From Okeania sp. (GTDB taxonomy: Bacteria > Cyanobacteriota > Cyanobacteriia > Cyanobacteriales > Microcoleaceae): 32,000 bases of DNA. Shown here piece by piece: positions 1 to 9,334 of the stretch. Location of the stretch: assembly GCF_035285525.1 (NCBI RefSeq), contig NZ_JAYKGW010000098.1:1-32000 (forward strand), given 5' to 3'. Below the pieces are notes generated by a model, which made no database searches, had not been told where the DNA came from, and saw only the letters and a list, made by a program, of their open reading frames with translations. How positions within the stretch are numbered: position 1 is the first letter of the stretch; every line of letters begins with the position of its first letter. The translations under genes were made by a program, and so were the position numbers.

Positions 1-125
1 GGTTATTTTCACACTTTATATAAACCTGCCCTAGCAAATAGTAGGGGCGGGTTTTAAGTAAAATTTTCATGGTTATTTTCACACTTTATATAAACCTGCC
101 CTAGCAAATAGTAGGGGGTGGGTTT
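1..125. repeat. 70-bp tandem duplication (1-55 and 71-125 align), each copy with a terminator-like stem-loop
   Basis: ggttattttcacactttatataaacctgccctagcaaatagtagggg occurs at 1 and again at 71. Each copy can fold as aaacctgccc...gggcgggtttt with G-T wobbles, so the fold is better on a plus-strand RNA. A third partial aaaacctgcccctac lies at 158-175. Confidence 0.7.
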
Positions 126-200
126 ATCTAATTTCTGGATGATTATTAACTTAACTGAAAAACCTGCCCCTACTGTTTCAGCTAAACTCACCCGACACTT

Positions 201-2855
201 TTATTCTTCCTCTGTTTCTACTACTTCTAATTCCATTATTTCTTCCTCTTCTATTTCCTCTATTATTTCTTCATTTTCTGTTGCCGGAACTAAAGCAACT
301 TCTGCTATAGCATCCGCATCATCTAATCTTTGTACCCGAACCCCTGTCGCACTACGAGATTGAATCGAAATAGCATCTATTGCTTGACGAATAATAATTC
401 CTTTGGCAGTAATTATCATTAATTCTTCTGCCTCATTTACTACTCGTAAAGCAGCTACTTGGTCTTGTTTCTTTTTCTTCTGTTTAAACTTAGTAGCAAT
501 ACGACCTTTTCCACCTCGGTTTTGTAGAGTAAATTGAGAAACTGGTACTCGCTTTCCATAACCATTTGTTGTAATCACTAATACCCAAGGACCTATATCA
601 TTTCCACCAGAATTTTCATCAGTTTCTCCCTCTTCCATTTCCTCAGTTTCTATTTCTAACTCTTCCTCTTCTAATTCCAAATTTTCTTCATCTATATCAG
701 CAATTATTTCCACTATTGAACTGGGTAAAATATCCATACTAATTAACTCATCGCCCTTGATAAGTTTCATAGATTTTACTCCCCTAGTATTTCGACCTAA
801 AGGACGCAATTGTTTATTATCTGTTCTGAAGTGAATTGCCATTCCAGAACTAGAACCAATTATTACACTGTCGTCAACTCTCGCTCTTCTAACCCATCTT
901 AAACTATCTCCTTCTGACAAAGAAATAGCAATTAATCCATTGGAACGAATATTAGCAAATGCCGATAAAGCTGTTTTTTTGATATATCCGCCCTTAGTTA
1001 ACATGACTAAATATTCGTCATCTGTAAATTCGGAAACCGGAACAATAGAAGTAACTTTTTCATCTCTAGGAATTGGTAACATTTGCACTATTGGTACTCC
1101 TCGCGCCACACGAGAACCAATCGGAATTTGATAAGCATTTAGACAGTAAACTACACCCCTTTGACTAAAGAATAAAATACTATCATGGTCATAACAACTG
1201 AGAAAATGTTCCACTACATCATCTTCTTTCATTTTCGTGCCAGATTTACCACGAGTTGCTCGACTTTGAGCTTCAAAAGCATTAATAGGCATCCTTTTAA
1301 TATAGCCTTGTTCTGTTAATAAAATAATGGCTTTTTCATTGGCAATTAAATCTGTATCGTCTAGTTCTCCTTCTGCTAATTCAATCACAGTTCGTCTCGG
1401 AGTTGCATGACGTTCTTTAATTTCTAAGGCTTCGGTTTCGATAATTTCTAAAATTCTTTCCCGTTTAGCTAATATATCTTTTAAATCAGCAATTCTTAAC
1501 AGTAATTCTTCATGTTCTTTTTCAATTTTTTTAGCTTCTAAGGCGGTTAATCTTCTTAACTGCATTTGTAAAATTGCGTCTGATTGAACTTCCGATAAAT
1601 CATAATTTTCCATTAATTCTTGTTTTGCACTAGAAGTATCGGCAGCACTTCTAATTAATTGAATAATTTCGTCTAAATTATCTAAAGCTATTAACAAACC
1701 TTGTAGTAAATGATCTCTTTCTTCAGCTTTTCTTAGCTCATATTCTGTTCTTCTGGTAATAGTTTCCACCCGAAACTCTAGGAAAACTTCCAGATATTTT
1801 TTCAGAGTTAATAACTGAGGTTCAGAATTTACCAATCCTAAAATATTAGCTCCAAAATTTGCTTGTATAGGAGTTTGTTTGTAGAGATTATTCAACACAA
1901 CTCTCGGATAAGCATCTCGTTTCAATTCAATAACAATTCGCATTCCCGTGCGATCGCTCTCATCTCGAATATCAGAAATACCCTCAATTTTTTTGTCATT
2001 AACCAGTTCCGCAATTTTTTCAATTAATGCTGCTTTGTTAGTTTGATATGGTAACTCAGTAACAATAATAGCTTCCTTGTCAGGACGACCCCGTTGTTCA
2101 ATAGTTTCTATATTCGCCACACCCCGCATCGTGATGGAACCACGACCAAGAGTATAAGCATCCCGAATCCCAGATTTACCCAAAATTTTAGCACCTGTAG
2201 GAAAATCAGGACCCGGAATATGCTGCATTAATTCGTTTTCAGTAATTTCAGAGTTGTGAATAAGTGCCACCAAACCATCAATTAATTCTCCCAAATTATG
2301 GGGAGGAATATTCGTTGCCATCCCCACCGCAATACCAGAAGAACCGTTCAGAAATAGTTGGGGAACACGAGAAGGCAGTACCAACGGTTCCTGTTGAGAA
2401 CCATCAAAGTTATCAGCAAAATCTACTGTTTCCGAATCAATATCCCGCAACATCGCATCACAAGTGAGCAGTTGCAGACGACATTCCGTGTAACGCATAG
2501 CAGCAGGGGGGTCATTATCTACAGAACCAAAATTACCGTGACCATTAATTAGAGGCGATCGCATCGAAAAATCTTGAGCCATTCGTACCAAAGCATCATA
2601 CACTGCCGTATCACCGTGAGGATGGTATTTACCCAATACTTCCCCTACTACACGAGCGCATTTCCGAAAAGGACGGTCTGGAGTTAAACCTAATTCGTGC
2701 ATCGCATAAAGTATCCGACGATGCACAGGTTTAAGACCATCTCTAGCATCTGGCAGTGCCCGACCTACAATTACGCTCATGGCATATTCCAAGTATGATT
2801 GGGACATTTCATTGCGCAGATCGGTTGGTACAATTCGTGACTCAGCAGTAGTCAT
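201..2855 (-). CDS. gyrA: DNA gyrase subunit A
   Basis: 884-aa ORF. It has the QRDR-type [17 protein letters not shown] motif, the active-site Tyr context PAAMRYTE, a coiled-coil region and a C-terminal beta-pinwheel-like region. It also has an acidic insertion and an acidic tail. Confidence 0.97.
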   Translation of the reverse strand: MTTAESRIVPTDLRNEMSQSYLEYAMSVIVGRALPDARDGLKPVHRRILYAMHELGLTPDRPFRKCARVVGEVLGKYHPHGDTAVYDALVRMAQDFSMRSPLINGHGNFGSVDNDPPAAMRYTECRLQLLTCDAMLRDIDSETVDFADNFDGSQQEPLVLPSRVPQLFLNGSSGIAVGMATNIPPHNLGELIDGLVALIHNSEITENELMQHIPGPDFPTGAKILGKSGIRDAYTLGRGSITMRGVANIETIEQRGRPDKEAIIVTELPYQTNKAALIEKIAELVNDKKIEGISDIRDESDRTGMRIVIELKRDAYPRVVLNNLYKQTPIQANFGANILGLVNSEPQLLTLKKYLEVFLEFRVETITRRTEYELRKAEERDHLLQGLLIALDNLDEIIQLIRSAADTSSAKQELMENYDLSEVQSDAILQMQLRRLTALEAKKIEKEHEELLLRIADLKDILAKRERILEIIETEALEIKERHATPRRTVIELAEGELDDTDLIANEKAIILLTEQGYIKRMPINAFEAQSRATRGKSGTKMKEDDVVEHFLSCYDHDSILFFSQRGVVYCLNAYQIPIGSRVARGVPIVQMLPIPRDEKVTSIVPVSEFTDDEYLVMLTKGGYIKKTALSAFANIRSNGLIAISLSEGDSLRWVRRARVDDSVIIGSSSGMAIHFRTDNKQLRPLGRNTRGVKSMKLIKGDELISMDILPSSIVEIIADIDEENLELEEEELEIETEEMEEGETDENSGGNDIGPWVLVITTNGYGKRVPVSQFTLQNRGGKGRIATKFKQKKKKQDQVAALRVVNEAEELMIITAKGIIIRQAIDAISIQSRSATGVRVQRLDDADAIAEVALVPATENEEIIEEIEEEEIMELEVVETEEE

Positions 2856-3336
2856 AGAATCAAAAACTCCATTAAAATTGAGAATTAACTAACAACAAAT
2901 ACCCAAAAATTGGATTTATTCCAATTAACTTTGGTATGATTAAAAAAATATGCTGTTTCTATCTAAAATTATAGCAGGTTTTGTGTAAATATTTTGCTAA
3001 TTTTAATGGAAAAATAAGGAGATATTTTTATTTGGATGAAAAGTTAAAATCTTGGTATAATTTTAACTACAGCGGATTCCAGTTTTGTGAGGTACATTCA
3101 CGCGAGCAAGATGTACGGTTCCCGAAAAATCGCACTGATAAGATTTAACTATTAATACCTGTACTTCAGATACTTGGAATCTACTGTAACTAGCTATCAG
3201 CTTTTAGCATTTAGCTCTCAGCTTTTTGCAGCTAAACTATGGAAAAATAATCTGGCTAATTGCTGAGTGCTAACCGCTAACCACTTTTTTTAAGTTTTAC
3301 TCAGTTGCACAACCTCTAAATATTTATTTTTGTAAT

Positions 3337-4278
3337 ATGATTTCTGTTATTTATTCCGATGAATTTCTCGAACACAAAACTGGCATGTCACACCCAGAGC
3401 GACCAGAACGTTTGACTGCTATTGTCGAAAGCCTCAAAACTTTTCCTAATCATGGCCAACTCCAATGGCAGTCACCCACCTCAGTACAACAGCGCGGTTC
3501 ATCATTGATGAAACTGCTAGAAAAAGTTCATTCTCGTAGTCATATTGGAACAGTAGCAGGAATAGCTAATAGTGGTGGCGGTTATCTAGATGGAGATACA
3601 CCAATTTCTGCTAAAAGTTATGATGTAGCATTGTTAGCGGTAAGTGCTTGGTTAGATGGGGTCGATCTAGTTTTGGAAAATGGGAAACCTGCTTTTGTTT
3701 TGGCAAGACCTCCCGGACACCATGCTGAAAGTCAACGAGGTATGGGTTTTTGCTTGTTTTCTAATGCAGCGATCGCCGCTCATTACGCTTTAGAAAAACC
3801 AGATATTAACAAAGTTGCGATTCTCGACTGGGATGTACATCATGGTAATGGTACTCAGGAAATCGTGGAAAGTAATAAAAATATCGCCTACTGTTCTCTC
3901 CATCAATCTCCCTGTTATCCGGGAACTGGGCATTCCTCAGAATGTGGTTCCTACAACAATGTACTAAATTTACCCATGTCACCAGGTAGCACAATGGCTA
4001 TTTATAAACCGACTTTTGAGGAAAAAGTCGTACCCTTTTTAGCTAATTTTCAACCAGATTTATTAATTGTTAGTGCTGGTTATGATGCTAACCATGACGA
4101 TCCATTAGCTGGTATTTCTTTAAAACCAAAAGACTATGGATTATTTACAGAAGATTGTTTACAAATAACCCGCAAAATATTATTTGGTTTAGAAGGAGGT
4201 TATGACTTACCTAGTTTATCTCAGTCAGTATTAGCAACAATTGAAAGTTGTCTTCTAGTTAGAGGGAATGGGCAATAG
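3337..4278 (+). CDS. Histone deacetylase-family protein (AcuC / acetylpolyamine amidohydrolase-like)
   Basis: 313 aa with ARPPGHHA, ILDWDVHHGNGTQ, SAGYDANHDDPL and EGGYDL motifs typical of the arginase/deacetylase fold. Confidence 0.9.
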   Translation: MISVIYSDEFLEHKTGMSHPERPERLTAIVESLKTFPNHGQLQWQSPTSVQQRGSSLMKLLEKVHSRSHIGTVAGIANSGGGYLDGDTPISAKSYDVALLAVSAWLDGVDLVLENGKPAFVLARPPGHHAESQRGMGFCLFSNAAIAAHYALEKPDINKVAILDWDVHHGNGTQEIVESNKNIAYCSLHQSPCYPGTGHSSECGSYNNVLNLPMSPGSTMAIYKPTFEEKVVPFLANFQPDLLIVSAGYDANHDDPLAGISLKPKDYGLFTEDCLQITRKILFGLEGGYDLPSLSQSVLATIESCLLVRGNGQ

Positions 4279-4280
4279 GC

Positions 4281-4660
4281 AATAGGCAATAGGAAAAAGA
4301 AACCAAGTTGATGACTGCGCTCTGATTTTTTCCACTACGAAATTTTCGGAAATCAACCCTAGATGTAGTGCTGAAAACTGTTGTACAATAGTTTTTTAAC
4401 TCTATATATAGTACCTTTGCCTAAGTAAAAAATAGGCAATAGGAAAAAGAAACCAAATTTATTACTGCGCTCTGGTTTTTTCCACTACGAAATTTTCGGA
4501 AATCAACCCTAAATATAGTGCTGAAAACTATGGCGCAACAGTTTTTTAACTCTACATATAGTATCTTTGCCTAAGTAAAAAATAGGCAATAGGAAAAAGA
4601 AACCAAGTTGATTACTGTACTCTTGTTTTTTACACCACGAAATTTCTGTAAATAAACCCG
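4281..4660. repeat. 150-bp tandem repeat, about 2.5 units (units start at 4281, 4431 and 4581)
   Basis: Units 1 and 2 differ at 13 of 150 positions by hand alignment. Unit 3 diverges after about 70 bp. Each unit contains the module ctagatRtagtgct..aaaactNttg.acaa.agttttttaactctaYatatagtaYc, which is also seen at 6961-7020 and, inverted, at 27885-27940. Confidence 0.85.
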
Positions 4661-4712
4661 GTTTCTTTCGTAGGGGCAAATGGTATTTGCCCTCTAAACA
4701 AGATAGTATATC

Positions 4713-4830
4713 TGCGATAAATGACGTACAAAGCTGAAATATCAAAAGTTTTATACTGCTGAAAACTGACAGAATATATTTGCGATAAATGACGTACAAA
4801 GCCTGAATATCAAAAGTTTTATACTGCTGA
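4713..4830. repeat. Direct repeat of a 50-bp unit spaced 68 bp apart
   Basis: tgcgataaatgacgtacaaagc(c)tgaa(a)tatcaaaagttttatactgctga occurs at 4713-4762 and 4781-4830. Confidence 0.8.
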
Positions 4831-4831
4831 T

Positions 4832-4932
4832 ACTTAATCACCAATATAATCAATTATTATCCATAAATCATCAATTACTCTTCTTTGTTTCCCGTATCCT
4901 GTTCCATGTTCCATCTTTTAAGGAGATGTCTA
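4832..4932 (+). mobile_element. Degenerate copy of the gacatctcc/ggagatgtc-TIR MITE family
   Basis: The right end ggagatgtc+ta (4922-4932) and the interior ccataaatcatcaatta...cctgttcc align with the intact copy at 8573-8683. The left TIR is degenerate. Confidence 0.5.
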
Positions 4933-5118
4933 ATAACTGATTTAAGTGATAAGCATCACTAACAAACACGAATATACTCACCTTCAATCTATGACAATAA
5001 CTACGAATTAACTTGATAACAATCATTAACTAATCACTACTAAAATCACTGAATTTAATTAGCAAAACCATAATACTTAAAATTGTAAGTTTTAGTTAGT
5101 CATCAGTAAACGATTAGT

Positions 5119-5322
5119 ATGCAACTACTTAATATATCACCAGCAAAAAATGTACTTGAGGAACTATTTAATAAAGTAATGTCCTCCAACGTTATTACTA
5201 GCAATGAACGCCAACAAATTCGACGTATATTACTGATAGGTCGTTTAGACAATGATGAATATCTAATGATTAAAAATTTAGTCGATCATGTTAGTCGTGG
5301 ATGTGTCAAAGTAGTCGAATAA
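5119..5322 (+). CDS. Hypothetical small protein (67 aa)
   Basis: An ORF of non-repetitive composition in an otherwise repeat-filled spacer. I recognised no motif. Confidence 0.4.
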   Translation: MQLLNISPAKNVLEELFNKVMSSNVITSNERQQIRRILLIGRLDNDEYLMIKNLVDHVSRGCVKVVE

Positions 5323-5689
5323 AAGTAAGACTAATTTGAAATAAAGAATGCTATCAAAAAGAGCATTTCCATCAAAGATATTTGGTAGTTATTTAGATGT
5401 AGTGATTTAGACTAGAGGTACGGAACAGGGAAAACGGAACAGAAAATTCCTTTAATTCTACTTTTTGAAAGAAATTAAATTTCCTTGACTAATTGACTTT
5501 TTTCAGCATATTACTACTTGCACACCAGTACCAGATACTTAAAAATCACTACTAGAATATATTAAAGATAGTTTTCTATGTTATCGTTTTCCCTTTTTCT
5601 CAAAATTTACTTATCCTTCCTGATTTTTTGGTCAAATAAATAATAAAGAATTACAATATTCAGGGAAAACTTTAAATATATCCATAACT

Positions 5690-6709
5690 ATGACATCAGC
5701 AATTTTAATAGAAAACCTACAAAAAAGTTATGGTTCATCTGTAGCAGTTAAGGACGTTTCCTTTCAGATAGAACCTGGAGAAATATTTGGTTTACTCGGC
5801 CCCAACGGCGCTGGTAAAACCACCACCTTACGCGCTCTATGTACTCTCATTACTCCAGATGCTGGACGTTTAGAAGTCTCCGGTATTTCCGTAACTGACC
5901 AACCAAGAATGGCTAGACAACTCCTGGGGTATGTTGCCCAAGAAGTGGCCCTAGACAAAGTATTAACAGGTCGAGAACTACTCCAATTACAGGCAGCTAT
6001 ATATCACATTCCTGGCAAAATGGCAAAAGAAAGAATTAATAAAGTGATTAGCCTCCTGGGTATAGAAGATTGGGCGGATAAAAAAACCGGTACTTACTCC
6101 GGCGGTATTCGCAAACGTCTGGACTTAGCAGCAGGTTTACTACATCAACCAGATGTTTTAGTTTTGGATGAACCCACCGTTGGTTTAGATATTAATAGTC
6201 GGGTAGCAGTATGGGATTTTTTGCGTCAGTTGCGAGACTCAGGGACAACAGTTTTGATTACCAGTCATTATCTCGAAGAAGTTGACGCTTTAGCAGATCG
6301 GGTAGCTATTATTGACAAAGGTGTAGTCATAGCAACTGGTACTCCTTCTGAACTTAAAGATAGGGTAGGAGGCGATCGCATCACTCTCCGCATTAGAGAA
6401 TTTTCTCCCCCAGAAGAAGCAGAAACAGCGAAAACATTACTGGAACCTTTACCAATAGTTCAAGAAGTTATTATTAATGGTGCTCAAGGAAATTCTTTAA
6501 ATTTGGTTGTCACACCTCAGAGTGATGCTTTAATTACGATTCAACAGTCATTACAAGCAGCAGGTTTACCTATTTTTGGTATTGCTCAAGCGCGACCAAG
6601 TTTAGATGATGTTTATCTGGCAGCAACAGGAAAAACGTTAATGGATGCAGAGTTAGCTGCTGCCAATAGTCGAGATTTGAAAGCAGAGAAAAAACAGAGT
6701 ATGCGTTAA
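5690..6709 (+). CDS. ABC transporter ATP-binding protein (ABC-2 / DrrA-like subfamily with C-terminal extension)
   Basis: Walker A GPNGAGKTT, signature YSGGIRKRL, Walker B VLVLDEPT and H-loop TSHYLEE, plus an extra C-terminal domain of about 100 aa. Confidence 0.93.
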   Translation: MTSAILIENLQKSYGSSVAVKDVSFQIEPGEIFGLLGPNGAGKTTTLRALCTLITPDAGRLEVSGISVTDQPRMARQLLGYVAQEVALDKVLTGRELLQLQAAIYHIPGKMAKERINKVISLLGIEDWADKKTGTYSGGIRKRLDLAAGLLHQPDVLVLDEPTVGLDINSRVAVWDFLRQLRDSGTTVLITSHYLEEVDALADRVAIIDKGVVIATGTPSELKDRVGGDRITLRIREFSPPEEAETAKTLLEPLPIVQEVIINGAQGNSLNLVVTPQSDALITIQQSLQAAGLPIFGIAQARPSLDDVYLAATGKTLMDAELAAANSRDLKAEKKQSMR

Positions 6710-6833
6710 GGAAATCAGAAGTCAGAAGTCAGAAGTTGTTTTGGTAACAGGGATTTCAGTATGGGCGAATCGAATTTGCTAGCGCCAAGCTCCGCTTTAT
6801 ATATCGCGAATCGAATCGCTCCTACAAATAAGC

Positions 6834-6919
6834 TCAAATCCGGTAGTATCCTTAGAATTAGACACCGTAGGGGTTTGGTCTCCAATTTTTCGGGAACCGT
6901 ACCCTCTACCAACTAGAAA
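6834..6919 (+). mobile_element. MITE-like repeat with an inverted sibling at 20748-20837
   Basis: tcaaatccggtagt...ccgtaggggtttggtctccaatttttcgggaaccgtaccctctac aligns with the reverse complement of 20748-20837 over about 85 bp. Confidence 0.7.
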
Positions 6920-6944
6920 TTTTCTCCAATACTAAACTATGTCA

Positions 6945-7034
6945 GCACTTACGCAGCCATCCTAGATATAGCGCTTAAAACTATTGCACAATAGTTTTTT
7001 TAACTCTATATATAGTACCTCTCGTGTAAGTCCT
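6945..7034. mobile_element. 90-bp MITE of the AGGACTTACGCA...TGCGTAAGTCCT terminal-inverted-repeat family
   Basis: The ends are gcacttacgca (degenerate) and cgtgtaagtcct. The interior ctagatatagcgcttaaaactattgcacaatag recurs, inverted, at 27900-27940. Confidence 0.7.
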
Positions 7035-7080
7035 GTATGCGTTAACGAAGTTAGAAGTCAGAAGTCAGAAGCTATTTTTT

Positions 7081-7163
7081 AGGGTGCGTTACATTTCATT
7101 AACGCACCGCCAAAATGAGTTCATAAGTTTTGTAGGGTGCGTTACATTTCATTAACGCACCGC
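7081..7163. repeat. Two identical 30-bp hairpin units (period 53) plus a third degenerate unit at 7177-7208
   Basis: agggtgcgttacatttcattaacgcaccgc occurs at 7081-7110 and 7134-7163, with stem ggtgcgtta/taacgcacc. The block ends in tgcgtaaatcctg at 7229-7243. Confidence 0.85.
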
Positions 7164-7274
7164 TTTCTTAAGATTTCGGTGCGTTACGCTGCGCTAACAC
7201 ACCCTACCACTACCACACTACTAAAGATTATGCGTAAATCCTGATATAATTTATCTAGAATTAAAGGTAAAATT

Positions 7275-8453
7275 ATGGAACCATTGTTCTTAGGTTGGGA
7301 ATTACCAAAAATAGCAGCTCCTTTGTTGGGCAGTGTTTGAAAACAAGGTGGCGATCGCTTAATTCAATCTCTCCACAAAACCGACATAGAAAAGGCAATT
7401 GAATCTGGAGAAAAAGCTGTTAAAAAATGGGAAAAAACACTCTCTTTTTTTGACCTTTTATTTTATTCTGCTAAACCCGATGGATGGAATGGATTTAAAA
7501 AATTGAGGAAATTGATTATCAAGCCGATAATGAGGATGATTTTGAGATTGTGTTGGGTTGTATTCGGAAGTATTTGCATGATTCCCATTGGGAGGAAGTT
7601 TTACTATTATTGATAGCGGAACAAAAGCCGAAGAAAGTAGCAAAGGCGATGCGGGAGATATTAAGGCGTGGTAGTGAGTATGAGGAGTGGTTACATCGGG
7701 ATTTGTTGTTTGCTGGTAGTTGTTTGGCAGAAGAACCGAAAGTTTACGGAGTGTTGATGGTGATTTGGTGCAAGAGATTTTGGAGAAGTTGGTTGAGTTA
7801 GAGGTAAGCAATGAGAAGCAGACTGGTTATAAAGCTTTTTAGAAGGTTGAACAAATTCTTTGTAATTTTTCTGAAACTGATTTAGAGAATTCTACTTTGA
7901 AGATGTTGAAAGAGCGAGCAGATTTAATTTATGAGGAAAGGTTGTTGAAATATCAAGCAGAATTAGGAGAAAAGGATCAGGACTTACACGGGAGGTACTA
8001 TATATGGTGTGCTGGTGCGTTACGCTACCCCTTTACATGTCGCTTAGCGTTTCGGCGCTTGAGCCGACATATAAAGCGGAGCTTTGCGGAACGCAAAACA
8101 CACCCTACCAATAGGGTTAATGCGTAAGTTATGAGGATGAGGTAATTGCCACGTTACTGGCACAACTGAAAGATAATGATTCTAGTGTCCACAAGAGGGC
8201 AGCTTTTGCTTTGGGTAATTTGGGGAACAACTCAGAATCTGTAGTCAGTATCTTACTAGAACATATCGAAGATAATGATTCTACTGTGCGCGGGAGTGTA
8301 GTCAAAGCCTTAAGCAAATTGGGCAACAACTCAGAAATGGTACTCAGCGCTTCACTAGCTAGACTTCAGGATAAAAATTCTGATGTATGTAAGGAGGCAT
8401 CTATATCTTTAGGTAAGTTAGGTAGTGGCCCTACATCAAATATTACCAAATAG
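7275..8453 (+). pseudogene. Remnant of a STAND (NACHT-like) NTPase with HEAT / PBS-lyase repeats
   Basis: An N-terminal MEPLFLGWELPKIAAPLLGSV is followed by an in-frame TGA at 7338. No P-loop core remains. The post-NTPase segment HWEEVLLLLIAEQ...LHRDLLFAGSCLAEEP is in another frame. HEAT repeats (DNDSSVHKRAAFALGNLG, DNDSTVRGSVVKALSKLG, DKNSDVCKEASISLGKLG) are open from 8130 to 8453. A MITE lies at 7979-8129. Confidence 0.7.
7979..8129. mobile_element. ~150-bp AGGACTTAC-family MITE inserted in the HEAT-repeat pseudogene
   Basis: Starts aggacttacacg and ends tgcgtaagt. The interior ttcggcgcttgagccgacat...acacaccctacc is related to 16770-16800, 27800-27830 and 30345-30370. The HEAT reading frame resumes immediately after the element, at 8130. 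Confidence 0.7.
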
Positions 8454-9148
8454 TTTCTAAATCTAATACAAATCCAGGCAAAACATTTTCTCCAGACACG
8501 ATCTCCGGATATTTCAATATTTCTGCTTCTTGCTGAGGGCGATAAATTTCTACTTCTCGTTTTTTTCGATTAGACATCTCCAAAAATAAAAAATTAAATC
8601 AATTCTTATCCATAAATTATCAATTATTTCTTCCTGTTCCCACATATCTAGTGTTCCCTGTTCCCTCATTTGGAGGAGATGTCTACTAATTAACCATCCT
8701 AATAATGCACCATTTTCTACATACTCTAACATCTTTTCTCGTGTTTTTGGTAAACTATCACTAGGAGACATTAATTCCACTACCAAATCAGGACATATAA
8801 GGTGCAAATTTATCTTGTTCTTCAAGAGTTAAACTATCCCAACTTTCAAGTTTTACCCAAGAAGCATCAGGAGAAAGAACAGCTCCATTTGGTAAAGTAA
8901 AACAACCATTAGAATCAAATACTTTACCTAATTTATTTTTACGGTTCCATGCTCTTAGTTGAAAATTTAGATCGGAGTTTCTTTCTGCAGTATTTGCTCC
9001 TGTAGGTGACATAATAATTAATTCTCCTGTAGCAGTTCTTTCAAATTTTAAATTATCATTTTCTTGGGCTTTGTTGCCAAAATTGTTCTTGAGTCAAATT
9101 CATTTTTAATTCTAATCTGGGTGGTAAATAAATTGTCGATTTTTCCAT
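8443..9148 (-). pseudogene. Uma2-family (DUF820) putative endonuclease, disrupted
   Basis: Pieces found in three frames are MEKSTIYLPPRLELKMNLTQEQFWQQ, AQENDNLKFERTATGELIIMSPTGANTAERNSDLNFQL...LTLEEQDKFAP, ICPDLVVELMSPSDSLPKTREKMLEYVENGALLGWLI and NRKKREVEIYRPQQEAEILKYPEIVSGENVLPGFVLDLETIW. Frameshifts lie near 9070 and 8798, and a MITE is inserted at 8573-8683. Confidence 0.8.
8573..8683. mobile_element. 111-bp MITE with perfect 9-bp TIRs (gacatctcc / ggagatgtc) flanked by a TA duplication
   Basis: The TIRs are at 8573-8581 and 8675-8683, and TA is at 8571-8572 and 8684-8685. Deleting the element plus one TA joins ...GWLIS to NRKKREVEIYR in frame. Confidence 0.8.
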
Positions 9149-9162
9149 GATTTTGCCTTCTT

Positions 9163-9290
9163 TACCGTTATTATGTTAATCTATAGCAATCCTAAATAGG
9201 TTGTAAAATTTTCTTGTAGGGGTTTGGTCTCCAAATCCCTAGTGTTTCGAGACTAAACCCCTACAGCTTTTCATTTATGGCTATCTTTGA
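9163..9290 (-). repeat. Composite repeat of a long hairpin plus a promoter-like module, with a sibling at 11621-11760
   Basis: The hairpin is gtaggggtttggtctc (9216-9231) paired with gagactaaacccctac (9249-9264). The adjacent module aatcctaaataggttgtaaaatttt is shared with 11641-11667. Confidence 0.65.
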
Positions 9291-9334
9291 GATAATGTTA
9301 TATTTTAGTCAAGTTTTACGAACTTTATAGTTTC

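Larger units (their letters stand above)
6699..7072. repeat. 38-bp direct duplication (6699-6736 and 7035-7072) bracketing a ~300-bp block of MITEs
   Basis: gtatgcgttaaGgaaATCagaagtcagaagtcagaag compared with gtatgcgttaaCgaaGTTagaagtcagaagtcagaag. The first copy contains the ABC gene stop codon and a (cagaagt)3 heptamer run. Confidence 0.8.

Noticed and set aside
118-2552. ORFs 118-363, 940-1131, 2264-2467 and 2358-2552 on the plus strand
   Set aside because: All lie antisense within the well-supported gyrA gene. They have low-complexity or unremarkable translations, so I treat them as shadow ORFs.
4509-4853. 114-aa ORF on the minus strand
   Set aside because: It runs entirely through the 150-bp and 68-bp tandem repeats. 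Its translation is repeat-derived and has no recognisable motif.
6715-6912. 65-aa ORF on the minus strand
   Set aside because: It lies inside MITE-like repeats, including the copy shared with 20748-20837.
7458-8329. Minus-strand ORFs 7458-7811 and 8129-8329
   Set aside because: They are antisense to recognisable STAND/HEAT pseudogene sequence and have low-complexity translations.
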